A stretch of DNA of 64,000 bases from Deltaproteobacteria bacterium (GTDB lineage Bacteria; Myxococcota_A; Polyangia; Fen-1088). The stretch lies in assembly GCA_033763315.1 (NCBI GenBank), contig JANRKS010000006.1, positions 1-64,000 of the forward strand, written 5' to 3'. A model generated the notes under the pieces. It was not told where the DNA came from. It saw nothing but the letters and a program-made list of their open reading frames with translations, and searched no databases. The position numbers and the translations under genes are program-made. Position 1 is the stretch's first letter; each line of letters opens with the position of its first letter. This document shows, piece after piece, positions 17,829 to 28,071 of the stretch.

Positions 17829-18854
17829 CTACTTCACGCGCTTTAGTTTGGTGATGCGGCCAAAAGCGTTCCAGTCAGCAACGTACATATTGCCGCGCGA
17901 ATCCCACGCGGCACCGTGGGGCGCGATGAACTCACCGTCTTTCCAAAGCGACGGAGCCACATCATACTTGCCGCGCAACTGCGGGTTGGTGTTGTCACCT
18001 AGCTGCGTCACCACATTATAGTTCTCATCGAAAACTGTGATGCGCCCCTCCAGATCCACCACCAGCAGATCTTTGCCACGAACCACCACCTTTGAAGGCA
18101 AACGCAGCTCCTTCTCCACGCTATCGATGAATGTCCCGTCAAGTTTGAACCGCTGCAAACGATGGTTGCGGCGATCAGCCACCACCACAACAGGCTCGGC
18201 ACCCCGTGGGTCAATGCCAACACCGTGTGGCTCATCGAACTTGCCCGCGCCACCTTGATTCCACGATGCAATGTGATCGCCCTTGGCATTGAATCGATGC
18301 AGCCAATCGTTTCCGTAACCGTCCACCACGTAGACGTCACCATTGGCCGCCACGTCGAGTGCGGTGGGTTTGTATTCGTCTGCGCTTTTGTACATGCCGT
18401 TTTTGTTGGGAAACGGAATCGTCAGCAGCACCTTGCCATCAAGGCCAATCTTGATCACTTCGTGACGGGGGACATGCGCCAGCCAGATCACCTCGGTGCC
18501 ATCAGGCTCTTTGAAAAGCCGCATTCCGTGCAGGCCACCGCCAAGCTCTTGCCCGAACACCCGCGTGATGTTCCCTTGGCCATCCGTTTGAAAGATGGCG
18601 TTCCTTGTGTCGACACTGAAGTACACGCGATCCCGCGCGTCGATCACAACGTCGCCGTGCATCTGCCCTGGGTTCATGCCGGGTGGAAGCTTGAGCCAAG
18701 AAGAAACCCATTCGTAAACATGCGCGCCTTGCCCAAGCTTGATTGCCTTCTTGGCGTGTGCGGCCGGCAACGAAAAGCCATAGGCCCCCACTGTGGACAC
18801 CAACGCAGCTAGAGCAAGCACGCCTACTCGGATCGCACGAACTCGTTTCGTCAT
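17829..18854 (-). CDS. Secreted NHL-repeat beta-propeller protein (peptidylglycine lyase-like)
   Basis: Signal peptide; PTALDVAANGDVYVVDGYG, FDEPHGVGID...VADRRNHRLQ, FIAPHGAAWDSRGNMYVADW. Confidence 0.85.
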   Translation of the reverse strand: MTKRVRAIRVGVLALAALVSTVGAYGFSLPAAHAKKAIKLGQGAHVYEWVSSWLKLPPGMNPGQMHGDVVIDARDRVYFSVDTRNAIFQTDGQGNITRVFGQELGGGLHGMRLFKEPDGTEVIWLAHVPRHEVIKIGLDGKVLLTIPFPNKNGMYKSADEYKPTALDVAANGDVYVVDGYGNDWLHRFNAKGDHIASWNQGGAGKFDEPHGVGIDPRGAEPVVVVADRRNHRLQRFKLDGTFIDSVEKELRLPSKVVVRGKDLLVVDLEGRITVFDENYNVVTQLGDNTNPQLRGKYDVAPSLWKDGEFIAPHGAAWDSRGNMYVADWNAFGRITKLKRVK

Positions 18855-19047
18855 AACCTTCCTTCGTCTGTGGGTAGCGATGGACTCTTGGTGCCGCTTA
18901 GGCCTATGCCACGTTAGTGAGGAGAGAGTCGCGGCACGGTTTGCCCAATCACCTAAGGGCTTGAGTTGGCTTGAATCTGAATCTTGTGGCTGAGCTCTGT
19001 CAATAAGTTCGAGAAACGAACCACTGGGTCTGCTCGATGTTAGAAGT

Positions 19048-19075
19048 TGAGCCGTTTCGGCCTGTCTGCGACGGC
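19048..19075 (+). promoter_or_regulatory. Putative ECF promoter TGAGCC-N18-CGGC
   Basis: TGAGCCgtttcggcctgtctgcgaCGGC, 8 nt before ATG 19084. Confidence 0.7.
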
Positions 19076-19083
19076 TCGCCGAT

Positions 19084-20166
19084 ATGACCGGTCATCCACT
19101 CGACGCGAAAAGCGGCAGCGTTGGCCTCTCTTCGCTCATAAAGAATTTCGCCGTCACCGTAATCCTTATAGCGGGGTGGATGGGCTGTTCGAGTGGCGCC
19201 GGGCGTGGCGACCAAGACATCGGCGATGGTACCGAAAGGATGGATGCCGCCAACGCCAGCGGCATGGATTCCGGTGGTACCACAAGCCCTACCATGGAGA
19301 CGAAAGCGCCAGGCGATGGTGAGGTGGCGAGCACCAAAGACGGCATGGGTTGTGGTGAGGTTGGCGTGATTCGAGTTTTGCCAGGCACGGGATCGAAATA
19401 CTGCGTGGCATGGAACAAGCAATGCGAAAAGCCCGGCGGCAATTGTCCGTTGCTGGTGGCCGTAAACATGGACCATCGGTTTTTCAAGTATCTGTCCGAT
19501 CCCACCTCGCCGCCCTACATCGCGGTTGAAAGTTATCAGGAAACCGATGGGCAAGGCGTCAAGGACAAGCTGGCCGAAATTCCGCGCGTCATCACGAAGG
19601 ACTTTCCAGGACTGGATCCTGAACGGATCTATGCGATTGGCTGGTCGGCCGGCGCGGGTGCGGTGTCGCGCGGTTTGTGCATGAGCAGCAAGAACTATGA
19701 CGAGTCATCGTTCGGTACCACGTCGGACATTTACGCTGCCATGGTGACCGCGGGTGGATGTTCGGCGTGCTCGGACGGCTTTATGCCCATCGCTGGTAAC
19801 ACGCACGTGTTCGCAACCAATGGTTCGGAAGATCCCTTTGCGGCAGAGGGCTGCGTGCCCAAGCTTAAGGCCCTGGCCAAAATCAACGGCTGCAGCCAAC
19901 CCGAAGCAAAATGGTGCAACGTGGCCCCAGCAGATGCGTTGGTGCCAAACGCGCCGGGCAACGACAGGGTGCGCCGCATCTCCTTTGGTACTTGTCCGCG
20001 CGGCGATGTGGAGGCTTATCTCTTCATGGATGAAGGTCACGACATCACGTACAAAAAGCATCTAGACCCGCGGGCCCGTAGCTACGACATGATCTTCCGT
20101 TGGTTGCAAGGGCGCCGTAAACCGCTGGGCGCTGGGCAATACGGTCCGGTGGGCAAGTGCCAGTGA
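19084..20166 (+). CDS. Alpha/beta-hydrolase lipoprotein (PHB depolymerase / feruloyl esterase-like)
   Basis: WMGC lipobox; LDPERIYAIGWSAGAG nucleophile elbow, NGSEDP Asp, EGH His; AKINGC. Confidence 0.78.
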   Translation: MTGHPLDAKSGSVGLSSLIKNFAVTVILIAGWMGCSSGAGRGDQDIGDGTERMDAANASGMDSGGTTSPTMETKAPGDGEVASTKDGMGCGEVGVIRVLPGTGSKYCVAWNKQCEKPGGNCPLLVAVNMDHRFFKYLSDPTSPPYIAVESYQETDGQGVKDKLAEIPRVITKDFPGLDPERIYAIGWSAGAGAVSRGLCMSSKNYDESSFGTTSDIYAAMVTAGGCSACSDGFMPIAGNTHVFATNGSEDPFAAEGCVPKLKALAKINGCSQPEAKWCNVAPADALVPNAPGNDRVRRISFGTCPRGDVEAYLFMDEGHDITYKKHLDPRARSYDMIFRWLQGRRKPLGAGQYGPVGKCQ

Positions 20167-20343
20167 GGCCGCGTGGCCACTGGGTGTTCGGGTGCAATAG
20201 CTGCTTGTTGCTACACACCGACAACTGGAATCCGTTCTAATCGACGCCGTCGGGCCACGTCGGCGTTGCCGGCCTCGTCCCCACCGGCGGTTGCTAAAAA
20301 AAGACGCGACAAAGCTGATGAATGTCCCTCAAGCTTTGGCTAA

Positions 20344-21537
20344 ATGACCATGACTTGGTTGGCCCGCGAAATTTGGCAGAGTTTAGGAGTGTTTGCCGTG
20401 TTGACCGCCGCGTCATGCGCGTCGTCGGATGAAGGTGTGCCGCTGACGGATGTTGTGGAAATCGCCGCGGGTGAGGCGCACGTTTGTGCTTTGCAAAAGA
20501 ATGGTGATCTGGCGTGTTGGGGGCGTAATCTCTATGGCGAAACCGTTGGTGTCGAAACAGTGGCGAGCTCTGTCGTCAAGTGGGCGACGCCAGTGAGTAC
20601 TGTCGGTGGCTTGAGATCGCTTTCGGCGGGAAGATTGTCGACATGTGGCGTGAAGCACTCGGGTGAAGTGCTGTGTTGGGGAAACGACTTCTGGGGACAG
20701 GTAGGGCTCAATAAAACCACACTGGGCATGATCCCGACCCCTACGCTCGTCCCCGGAATCACTGGGGCATTGACCGTGCGCACGATGGCTTCGTCAAATT
20801 CTCAAGATGGAGCGTGTGCGTTGTTGCAAACTGGCGAGGTTATTTGTTGGGGGGCTTCTTCGACCGACGTGCACGAGACCGAACCGACTCCCCTGGCGGC
20901 GGTCAATGATGTCGTTGATATTGCGATTCGTCTCGGCGCAGGTTGCGCTCTGTATCCCAACGGGACTGTTTCATGTTGGGGACTGGGCACGTCCAACGGC
21001 CAAGCGAACATCGCGGGTCGCGCTCAAACCTCGAACATCCCAGCTGAAGTCAGGGAGTTGGACGCGGTGACAGTGATCGCGGGCGGTAGCTCTCAGTTCT
21101 GCGCCGCACGTGCTCCCGGAGATGTGCAGTGTTGGGATAACGACGTGTCCAACAAGGTCGTAGAGCCCGCGAGGGGGGCGCTCCTGCCGCCATTTACGAT
21201 CGCCGGTGTCCGCGACGTGGTGTCGATGGCGGCGTTCGCTTGGACGTTCTTCGGCGTGACGCGAGATGGTGCGGTGTTGAGGTGGCGCGCGGTGTCTGCG
21301 CCTGACCAACAAGATGTTGAACGTATCCCCGATATTCGTGATGCCGTTGACGTTGTGGCTGGGGATGGGTTCGCTTGTGTTTTAGCAAAAGACGCAAGGG
21401 TCTCATGTTGGGGCAGGAACGATTCTGGCCAGCTAGGCAATGGACGCCTCACGCGTTTTGGCGAACCACCAGGGAATGCACCCGTGACGGTGCTTATGCC
21501 GCCGTTGCCATCGGGTGAACGCACTCTTCGGATGTGA
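20344..21537 (+). CDS. RCC1-repeat lipoprotein
   Basis: Repeated AG..H.CAL...G...CWG.N..GQ units. Confidence 0.9.
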   Translation: MTMTWLAREIWQSLGVFAVLTAASCASSDEGVPLTDVVEIAAGEAHVCALQKNGDLACWGRNLYGETVGVETVASSVVKWATPVSTVGGLRSLSAGRLSTCGVKHSGEVLCWGNDFWGQVGLNKTTLGMIPTPTLVPGITGALTVRTMASSNSQDGACALLQTGEVICWGASSTDVHETEPTPLAAVNDVVDIAIRLGAGCALYPNGTVSCWGLGTSNGQANIAGRAQTSNIPAEVRELDAVTVIAGGSSQFCAARAPGDVQCWDNDVSNKVVEPARGALLPPFTIAGVRDVVSMAAFAWTFFGVTRDGAVLRWRAVSAPDQQDVERIPDIRDAVDVVAGDGFACVLAKDARVSCWGRNDSGQLGNGRLTRFGEPPGNAPVTVLMPPLPSGERTLRM

Positions 21538-21599
21538 AACTGAGGTTCAACGTGGCGAAGTTTGCCGTCAAGCCAGGTACAGCCCAAAAATCATCCGAC

Positions 21600-22535
21600 C
21601 TAAAACTCGCCAGGCGTAGGGCGTTGAATTGTTTGCACCAGCCAATCCCATACCGCCGCGATGCGAGGGACATTGCGGTACTTTGCGTGCCCAGCAATCC
21701 ATACCTCCACAGGCGCAAGCGCATCTAGGGATTGCCGAACACCGCTTGCACACCTTACCTGGCTAACCCCCGCCAGGTGTGTAAACGGCTCTGGCAAAAC
21801 GGCCACGCCCAGTCCTTGCCGCACGGCCCCAAGTAGGCCGTCCATGCTGCCGAAGCGCACGCGAACCCGGTCTGCCGGAACGTGTTTCGCAACCCACCGT
21901 GCCTCGGGAAGTTGGCTTAGCGATTCACCCCAGGCCAACCAAAACGGTTGGTCAACGTGTTCCAGCTCGCCAATGCGCTCGGCGTACGCTGGGCTTGCGG
22001 CAAGCACCCATTTCGCATCGATCAATTTTTGAGCTAGCACGTCTCCGGCGGACGGGCGGCTGGTGCGCAGCGCGATCTCTGCTTCCAAGCGCGCCAAATC
22101 CAACAACGCCACACTGCTTTGAAGTTCAAGCTGCAATTGGGGGTGTTGTTCAAGCAGCTGAGGCAAATAGGGAATGATGAAGTGTTCCAGCAACCCGGGG
22201 GGCGCTGTGAGCCTTACCGCGCCGGCCACTTCTGTCTCAAAATTCGCTAACGCTTGCTCAAACTGCAGCGCGGAGGCTTCGATGGCCACGGCGTAGGGCG
22301 CGATCCGCTCGGCCGCCATGGTTTTCCGCAAACCATCCGGGAAGCGATCAAAAAGCCGCGTTCGAAGGGCTTCTTCCATACCCTCCAATCGGCGCGACAC
22401 CGTGGAGATGTTCAGCTCCAACTCCTTGGCTGCGCGCTTGAGTGAACCGTGACGCCACAGCGAAAGAAACACCCTGGCGTCATCCCACCGTAAAGGTCCA
22501 GCGCCAACGCCTGGGGTTTGCTTTTTCGCAACCAC
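21600..22535 (-). CDS. LysR-family transcriptional regulator
   Basis: WDDARVF...GSLKRAAKELELNISTVSRRL HTH; substrate-binding domain. Confidence 0.93.
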   Translation of the reverse strand: MVAKKQTPGVGAGPLRWDDARVFLSLWRHGSLKRAAKELELNISTVSRRLEGMEEALRTRLFDRFPDGLRKTMAAERIAPYAVAIEASALQFEQALANFETEVAGAVRLTAPPGLLEHFIIPYLPQLLEQHPQLQLELQSSVALLDLARLEAEIALRTSRPSAGDVLAQKLIDAKWVLAASPAYAERIGELEHVDQPFWLAWGESLSQLPEARWVAKHVPADRVRVRFGSMDGLLGAVRQGLGVAVLPEPFTHLAGVSQVRCASGVRQSLDALAPVEVWIAGHAKYRNVPRIAAVWDWLVQTIQRPTPGEF

Positions 22536-22588
22536 GGTTTGTATCGATACGACTTTTGCACCCCCAGGGCAAGCGGCAGAGTGTTTCC

Positions 22589-23614
22589 ATGGTCAACCGA
22601 CAAATTCAAACCATCGTAGGGGCCGGCCAAACCGGGCTTTTATTGGCACGTCATCTGAGCGAACAAGGTCACACGGTTCGTCTTGTGTGTCGTGGAAACA
22701 ACGGGCGGGCGAGCGCATTGGCGGGGGTGACGCTTCTGCGAGGGGATGCCATGGACGCTGCGTTCATGGCCAACGCTTGCTCCGGCTCCACCGCCGTTTA
22801 CAATTGCGCCAATCCGTCCGACTACACTCATTGGCACGATCAGATGGCTCCACTATTTCGAGCCATCTGGCAAGCGGCGGCGCGGGCGGGCGCCCGTTTG
22901 GTGCAGCTGGACAACCTGTATATGTACGGGCGTCCCACCGAACGGCCGTTTGACGAAAGCACCGCGCAGAACCCCTGCAGCCATAAGGGCGAGCTTCGCC
23001 GCGCGCTCGCGCAGGAGCTGTTGGATCTTCACCGCGCAGGCACGCTCAAAGCCGCTATAGGGCGCGCTGCTGACTTCGTGGGCCCGCAGCTACCCAACAC
23101 AGCCGTCTTTCGCCCGTCGACCATGGCAACCATAAAACGAGGCGGACGGCTATTTGTGCCTGGCAACCCTGACATGCCCCACGGGTACAGCTTCGTTGCC
23201 GACGTGGCGCGCGGCCTCGCCGTGCTGGGGCAGCATGATGCAGCCCTGGGTCGCGTGTTTCATTTGCCGGTGGCAACCACACTCAGCACACGCGAACTCG
23301 TGACGGAGATGGCGGCACGCGCCGGCACTCACGTGAAGGTCACGGGCCTTTCCACTCGCTTGTTCCGCACCCTGGGCATATTTTCCCCGATGCTGCGTGC
23401 TTTGGGCGAGATGAACTATCAGTTCGAGATTCCCTTCGTCCCCGACGACAGCGCGTTCCGCCGCACGTTCAAGCTTGAGCCCACTTCGCTTGCAAACGTC
23501 ATCGATACCAGCTTGGCATGTTCGGCCACGGATGCGGATATGGCGGGCGCACGAGCCACGAAGTTGCACATCAAGCCAGGCGAACGGTTGCCGTCACCAA
23601 CTATTCCTCGATAA
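22589..23614 (+). CDS. NAD-dependent epimerase/dehydratase family protein
   Basis: IVGAGQTG Rossmann motif, DNLYMYG, KGELR, RAADFVGP; divergent from LysR; ATG 22589 chosen. Confidence 0.9.
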   Translation: MVNRQIQTIVGAGQTGLLLARHLSEQGHTVRLVCRGNNGRASALAGVTLLRGDAMDAAFMANACSGSTAVYNCANPSDYTHWHDQMAPLFRAIWQAAARAGARLVQLDNLYMYGRPTERPFDESTAQNPCSHKGELRRALAQELLDLHRAGTLKAAIGRAADFVGPQLPNTAVFRPSTMATIKRGGRLFVPGNPDMPHGYSFVADVARGLAVLGQHDAALGRVFHLPVATTLSTRELVTEMAARAGTHVKVTGLSTRLFRTLGIFSPMLRALGEMNYQFEIPFVPDDSAFRRTFKLEPTSLANVIDTSLACSATDADMAGARATKLHIKPGERLPSPTIPR

Positions 23615-23900
23615 CGATCGCGTCCTTGGGAAAATCGTTCATCAACTGGCATTGCTGCGCTTGATCATCAAGAGACATGATCTTTTGGTACGTTGAAGTT
23701 GTGTGCTTGTTGAGGCTGAACAGGTACCAGCGTTCCGACTCCCAGCCCCGAACACTTTGGGAAAAGTAAGCGACCCCAAGATGGGGTTTCCCTTTGACCG
23801 TGTAAAGGGTCCATGAGTCTTCGCCCATCGAATCATTGACCGCGAACTGGGCGACTTTTGTGAGGTCGATTTTGCGGACTTTTGTCACCGAGTTGGGCAA
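23601..23900 (-). CDS. Small hypothetical protein or gene remnant
   Basis: 99-aa ORF with protein-like composition filling the gap between genes; TTG start with no clear RBS. Confidence 0.35.
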   Translation of the reverse strand: MPNSVTKVRKIDLTKVAQFAVNDSMGEDSWTLYTVKGKPHLGVAYFSQSVRGWESERWYLFSLNKHTTSTYQKIMSLDDQAQQCQLMNDFPKDAIVIEE

Positions 23901-23937
23901 GAACTAAATTTAGCACCGCCTGGGGCAAACCGGCACC

Positions 23938-24867
23938 TTACTTTGCGCGTGGGCTCTCGGCGCCGCCTGGCCCCGACATCTCGTTTAGCTTTGCAGCGTC
24001 GGTGGTTATCAGCAAACGGTCGATGGCCGCATTGGTTTCTCGACGAATGATGCGGATCTCATGCACTCCAGGGGCTTCGATCTTGAACTGGCCAAAGGAT
24101 CCATAGCCCGCGTACGTGTTCGACCACTGCCATTTGCCGAATGCATGACTGTCTATCGCCGATTTGGCAGGCTGGTTATCCAATTGCCAGAAGTAAGAGT
24201 CAGCGCCGTTGTCGGGGAAATGGCGCCAGGCCCACAGGCGATACGTACCGATGGTCTCAAAGGAGACGAAGAACACCAGCATGGATTGCTTATCAGGAGC
24301 ATCCCCCACGCGTCGTGGATCGTCCTTCGCGATCATGGGCGCATGGGCAACCATGTAGCCGGCACCCGAGAAGCCTGTGTGATCGGTCTTCAAGACCCAG
24401 GGAAAATCGCCACGGGCCACGGGCACGCCGTGCTCAGCTTCGATAAGCACTTTACCGCCGGCTTCGAGGAAAGGATGCGCGCGGGCATCGGCAAGATCCG
24501 CGGGGGCAGTGCTAGATCCACCCGCGCCTGCCGATCCAAGGGGCGCACCCGCCGCGCCGCCGATCGAAGTGCCAGCGCTGCCTCCTGCAGCCATACCGCC
24601 GCTTGCGCCACCTTTGCCTCCAACCATTGCAGCAGCGCCCGCCTGCCCTGCGAGCCCGCCCGTGCCTTCACCAAGCGGCGCTCCGCCAACGCCACCCGCA
24701 CCGCTGCCTCCCACGGACGTGGTTCCGCCCGCGCCGCCCGCACTGCCCCCTTCATTGAAGTCGCCCATGTCGTCATCCGTATCTTCTGGGCGAGCTTCCG
24801 GGTTCGCATGACAAGCAAGAACATTCGCGAAAAGAACAGCGGCTACTGTGCGTGTGATTAACGTCAT
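23938..24867 (-). CDS. Lipoprotein with Gly-rich tether and CBM-like (GH115 C-terminal-like) beta-sandwich
   Basis: VLAC lipobox; GGKVLIEAEH...GFSGAGYM...GTYRLW...DSYF...RRETNAAIDRL. Confidence 0.8.
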   Translation of the reverse strand: MTLITRTVAAVLFANVLACHANPEARPEDTDDDMGDFNEGGSAGGAGGTTSVGGSGAGGVGGAPLGEGTGGLAGQAGAAAMVGGKGGASGGMAAGGSAGTSIGGAAGAPLGSAGAGGSSTAPADLADARAHPFLEAGGKVLIEAEHGVPVARGDFPWVLKTDHTGFSGAGYMVAHAPMIAKDDPRRVGDAPDKQSMLVFFVSFETIGTYRLWAWRHFPDNGADSYFWQLDNQPAKSAIDSHAFGKWQWSNTYAGYGSFGQFKIEAPGVHEIRIIRRETNAAIDRLLITTDAAKLNEMSGPGGAESPRAK

Positions 24868-24884
24868 TTTTGAGCCCTTGATCC

Positions 24885-26303
24885 TCAAGCGAGCACGGTT
24901 GGTAGCGGTGCCGTATCCGTGCCGTCGATGGTTTTGCTTCCCATGCCTACCAGCATCGTGTCGTACAACTCGCGGGTCGTCTTTCCCGGCAATTCCATCA
25001 GCCCCGTGCGGAACTTGCCACCGCAAGGACCAAGCGCATGAAAGACGCCGTTGGCGTCGTGGTTGGTGCCAAACTCGGTGGTGACAGCAAGGAAGCTGTT
25101 TTCAAGAATTGTCTTGCCGTTGGCGTCGGGAAAAGCTGGATCGTCGAGCGCCGAAAGCGAGTCTGCGATGTTTTCCAAGATCACCTCGCTGTGCCCGCGG
25201 TTGAGCGCTTGGTGCCTCGGCCTGTCAGCGGCGTTGCCGTCGAAACCGTGTAGATTGTAGTGGGCATACGATCCCACCCCGAGTTCTTTGTTGAGAGCAG
25301 CGAAATCGAACGTTCCGCCGGATAGGGGGTATTGCCCCGTCATCTGAATGTTGTGAGAGTTGCTAAACGAAATGATCGTGGCCCACCTCGTGATGTCACA
25401 GCGCAGGCCGAGCACGAACAAGTCGTTGAGCAGGCGCCAGTCTGAACGCCATTGACTGGCTGTTCTGCTGCTTGGTCGTTTGGTCAGGGCGGCCGGTGTT
25501 GGCGGAATGTTGTTGCACGAAAGGGGAGGACCCATGGATTGCACGCGCTTCTCGAGCGTCCGTATGTTGTCCATATGATCCGAAAGTCGTTCTCTTGATG
25601 CTTTGCCCAAACCCACAGTGTCGCTGGTGAGCTTTTGGTATTGGCGCAAAACAACGTCGAGGACGCTGCCCCGAAGCCGACGCCTGCGCTCGAACGAAGC
25701 CACGTCTGCCGCGCCACCTGCCGTGGAGCCGCCTGGGTTGCTGCCAAACAAGGTTTTGAAGACTTGCGCGGGGTCATCCATGGGAAGCGCAACGGGGTTG
25801 CCCTTATCGTCCCACGCGCGTGCTTTGTTGAGCAGTGAGTTATCGCCATCAAAGATGAATCCCAACGCGAGGTATTTGACGGGCGTGGGCGAGCCTTCGG
25901 GGTACCACGCTTTCATCAGTCGGTGATCGATCGAAGGACCGGGGGGCGTGGGGGATTCACGGTTTCCCGAGTAAAGCCCCGTGAATTGTCGCTGGTTCGC
26001 TTCTTGGTGGCTGAAGCCGCCTTTCAGACTTCCCTGTAAACCGCGATAAAAGCCCAGTCGCTTTGCGAAAGGTGCCAAAGGTGTCATCGCCCCTTTGAAG
26101 TAATCTTGTTGCCACATCAGGGGCAGACCCTGCCCGAAGCAGACGTGCACGGCGCGCTTGGGAACCTCCGCAGCAAGGGCGCGTTTCGGCAGCATCTCGG
26201 CCAACAGAGGCAGTGCGATGGTGGTTGCCCCCGCACGCAGAGCTGTGCGCCTCGATAGGGGTTGCCATGGTTTCACGTTGTGCTGCTTTAAGGTGTTTTG
26301 CAT
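24885..26303 (-). CDS. DUF1552 domain protein, copy 3
   Basis: SRRTALRA...IALPLLAEM Tat signal; SVLDVV, RLSDHMDNIR, CDITR, ANGKTILENS...TTEFGTNH. Confidence 0.88.
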   Translation of the reverse strand: MQNTLKQHNVKPWQPLSRRTALRAGATTIALPLLAEMLPKRALAAEVPKRAVHVCFGQGLPLMWQQDYFKGAMTPLAPFAKRLGFYRGLQGSLKGGFSHQEANQRQFTGLYSGNRESPTPPGPSIDHRLMKAWYPEGSPTPVKYLALGFIFDGDNSLLNKARAWDDKGNPVALPMDDPAQVFKTLFGSNPGGSTAGGAADVASFERRRRLRGSVLDVVLRQYQKLTSDTVGLGKASRERLSDHMDNIRTLEKRVQSMGPPLSCNNIPPTPAALTKRPSSRTASQWRSDWRLLNDLFVLGLRCDITRWATIISFSNSHNIQMTGQYPLSGGTFDFAALNKELGVGSYAHYNLHGFDGNAADRPRHQALNRGHSEVILENIADSLSALDDPAFPDANGKTILENSFLAVTTEFGTNHDANGVFHALGPCGGKFRTGLMELPGKTTRELYDTMLVGMGSKTIDGTDTAPLPTVLA

Positions 26304-26345
26304 GGTGCGTGTTTCCTCGTAGGTTTGAAGATCTGTACGCGGGGC

Positions 26346-28025
26346 TTACTGCAGCGCGCGTGAAAAACTGGGATGGACGGCAATTGCAGTTAAAGTCGCC
26401 TGCAGCGTTCCGCCGCGTTTCTCGGCATCCACTGTGATCTCGGCAATGTCGCATTCGTCGCCGTCGTTGAGCACACGGCCCCACGCGTATTGAACCAGGC
26501 CGCGGACCACACAGCTGCTGACGCGCGGGTCGGCCATCAGCAAGTCGCTAAGCTCCCGTACGTTGGCAAAGGGCGTTGTGCCCGTGCCTGAGACGTTCGG
26601 CAACACCCCATCAGATTTCACCGCAACCCCGTGTTCATCCTCTTTGCGAACACGTCCAACGCGATCGTACGGCTCAAGGGCATAAGCCAAAGTATCGAAT
26701 GCCGAATGGCAAGTGCCGCAGCGGGGCATGGCCATGCGTGCCTCTGATTTCGCACGTTCGCCAGGGACTTGCGTTTTCACTTCCACCATCAACGCATCGG
26801 CGGGCGGATCCGGAATCGAACCGCACAGCATCTTGCGAAAGATCGAAATGCCGCGGTGAACGATCATGTCACCCGTGCCTGAGTTTGCTGCCACATACCC
26901 TGGCTGCGTTAACAGGCCCAAACGGGATTCGTTGCCACCCAGATCAACGCGGCCGTTTTTGTCTGGCGTGGGCAAGCCTGCGTGTTTTGCAAGCGCGGCT
27001 GATACGTTGGTGGAATTCGTGCGCAGAAAGGCGGCCACGGGTGCCGCATCGTCGATCCATGTTTTGAGCAGCGATTGGCGCGTTTCTGCCTCCATGTCAC
27101 GCGCGAGCGATTCCGAAATGGAGCCGTTGGCCACCAGCGCGGGAAGGCCTTGCAGCCCGGCCCACGTGAGCCCGAAGGTGGCTATCGGTGTCTGCGCTCC
27201 CGGCACCAAGCGCTTCACCTGCGCTTCAAGCTTTGCTTCTGAAAGCGAGCCTTCGGCCGCAGCGGCTGCGAGTTCTTTATCTGGCCCAGCACCACGCAGG
27301 AGGAAAGAAAGCCGCACAGCAAGCTCTTGCGGTGTCACTTTGGTGGCGGCTTCCTTTTCAAGGCGATAAAGCGCTTGTGGCGCCACAACAAGCGCTTGCA
27401 ACACGAAGCCCACGGCCTCTGCAGGTGAAACGCCCTCAGCCTCGCTGGTGGCAAACAGGCCAGCAAAGGCTTCTGTTTCTTCACCCGTGAGTGGGCGGCG
27501 AAACAAGCGCGCACCAATGTCTTTCACGAATTTCTGTTGGCACGCCTTGTCGGCCGCTTTACAAGCGCCGAGGCCCAGCCACGGATCACGCGCGGCAACC
27601 GCGCTCGCAACTTCTTGCGCAAACTCATCGTACGCGGCAACAAGGTTCGCCGAGGGCGTGAGGAACCCCGCTGTATTGGGGTACGCGGAGCCCACTGAGT
27701 CGGCAGGAAGCAAGCTGGTGTTCACTTCCGTTAGCGAGAGCGCCTCACGCACCGATGCGGCGTACTCGTCGTGGGTCAGCCGCCGCACCACCTCGGTGGC
27801 TGCACCGCGACCGCGGCCACTTTCACACGATGCCACCGAGGGACCTCCTGGAAAGGCCGGCGTTTCAGGCAGCTCGTCTGATGGCGGATCATCCTTATCT
27901 CCGGGCTCGGGGCGCTCGCCCATCGACCTGGGTTCCGACGATGAATCGGAGACGCTTCCGGTGCAACTGGCCAGCCAGAGGAACAGGGGGAGCATTGTTG
28001 TTGCGGCGGTCTTTACGAACTTCAT
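26346..28025 (-). CDS. DUF1592/DUF1588-type cytochrome c-like lipoprotein, copy 3
   Basis: LASC lipobox; RRLTHDEY, RLFRRPL, LAVRLSFLL..GPD, RLGLLTQ, CGTCH; GGAG RBS before ATG 28025. Confidence 0.9.
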   Translation of the reverse strand: MKFVKTAATTMLPLFLWLASCTGSVSDSSSEPRSMGERPEPGDKDDPPSDELPETPAFPGGPSVASCESGRGRGAATEVVRRLTHDEYAASVREALSLTEVNTSLLPADSVGSAYPNTAGFLTPSANLVAAYDEFAQEVASAVAARDPWLGLGACKAADKACQQKFVKDIGARLFRRPLTGEETEAFAGLFATSEAEGVSPAEAVGFVLQALVVAPQALYRLEKEAATKVTPQELAVRLSFLLRGAGPDKELAAAAAEGSLSEAKLEAQVKRLVPGAQTPIATFGLTWAGLQGLPALVANGSISESLARDMEAETRQSLLKTWIDDAAPVAAFLRTNSTNVSAALAKHAGLPTPDKNGRVDLGGNESRLGLLTQPGYVAANSGTGDMIVHRGISIFRKMLCGSIPDPPADALMVEVKTQVPGERAKSEARMAMPRCGTCHSAFDTLAYALEPYDRVGRVRKEDEHGVAVKSDGVLPNVSGTGTTPFANVRELSDLLMADPRVSSCVVRGLVQYAWGRVLNDGDECDIAEITVDAEKRGGTLQATLTAIAVHPSFSRALQ

Positions 28026-28071
28026 GTGTTGACTCCGATCACGGGGAATGTTTGCGGTGGTGGCTTGTCTG

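Noticed and set aside
18925-18950. CGGCAC...TTGC sigma-54-like site
   Set aside because: The -24/-12 spacing is wrong (3 nt instead of 5)
18991-19004. 14-mer TGAGCTCTGTCAAT repeated at 42012-42025
   Set aside because: Only two copies in different contexts. It contains a minus-strand TTGACA that is plausible for the NHL gene here but has no target at 42 kb. Not distinguishable from chance.
23921-23950. GGCAAACC suggesting a second GEMM riboswitch
   Set aside because: No GNRA-capped stem or GACGCAAA follows, and no plus-strand gene lies downstream
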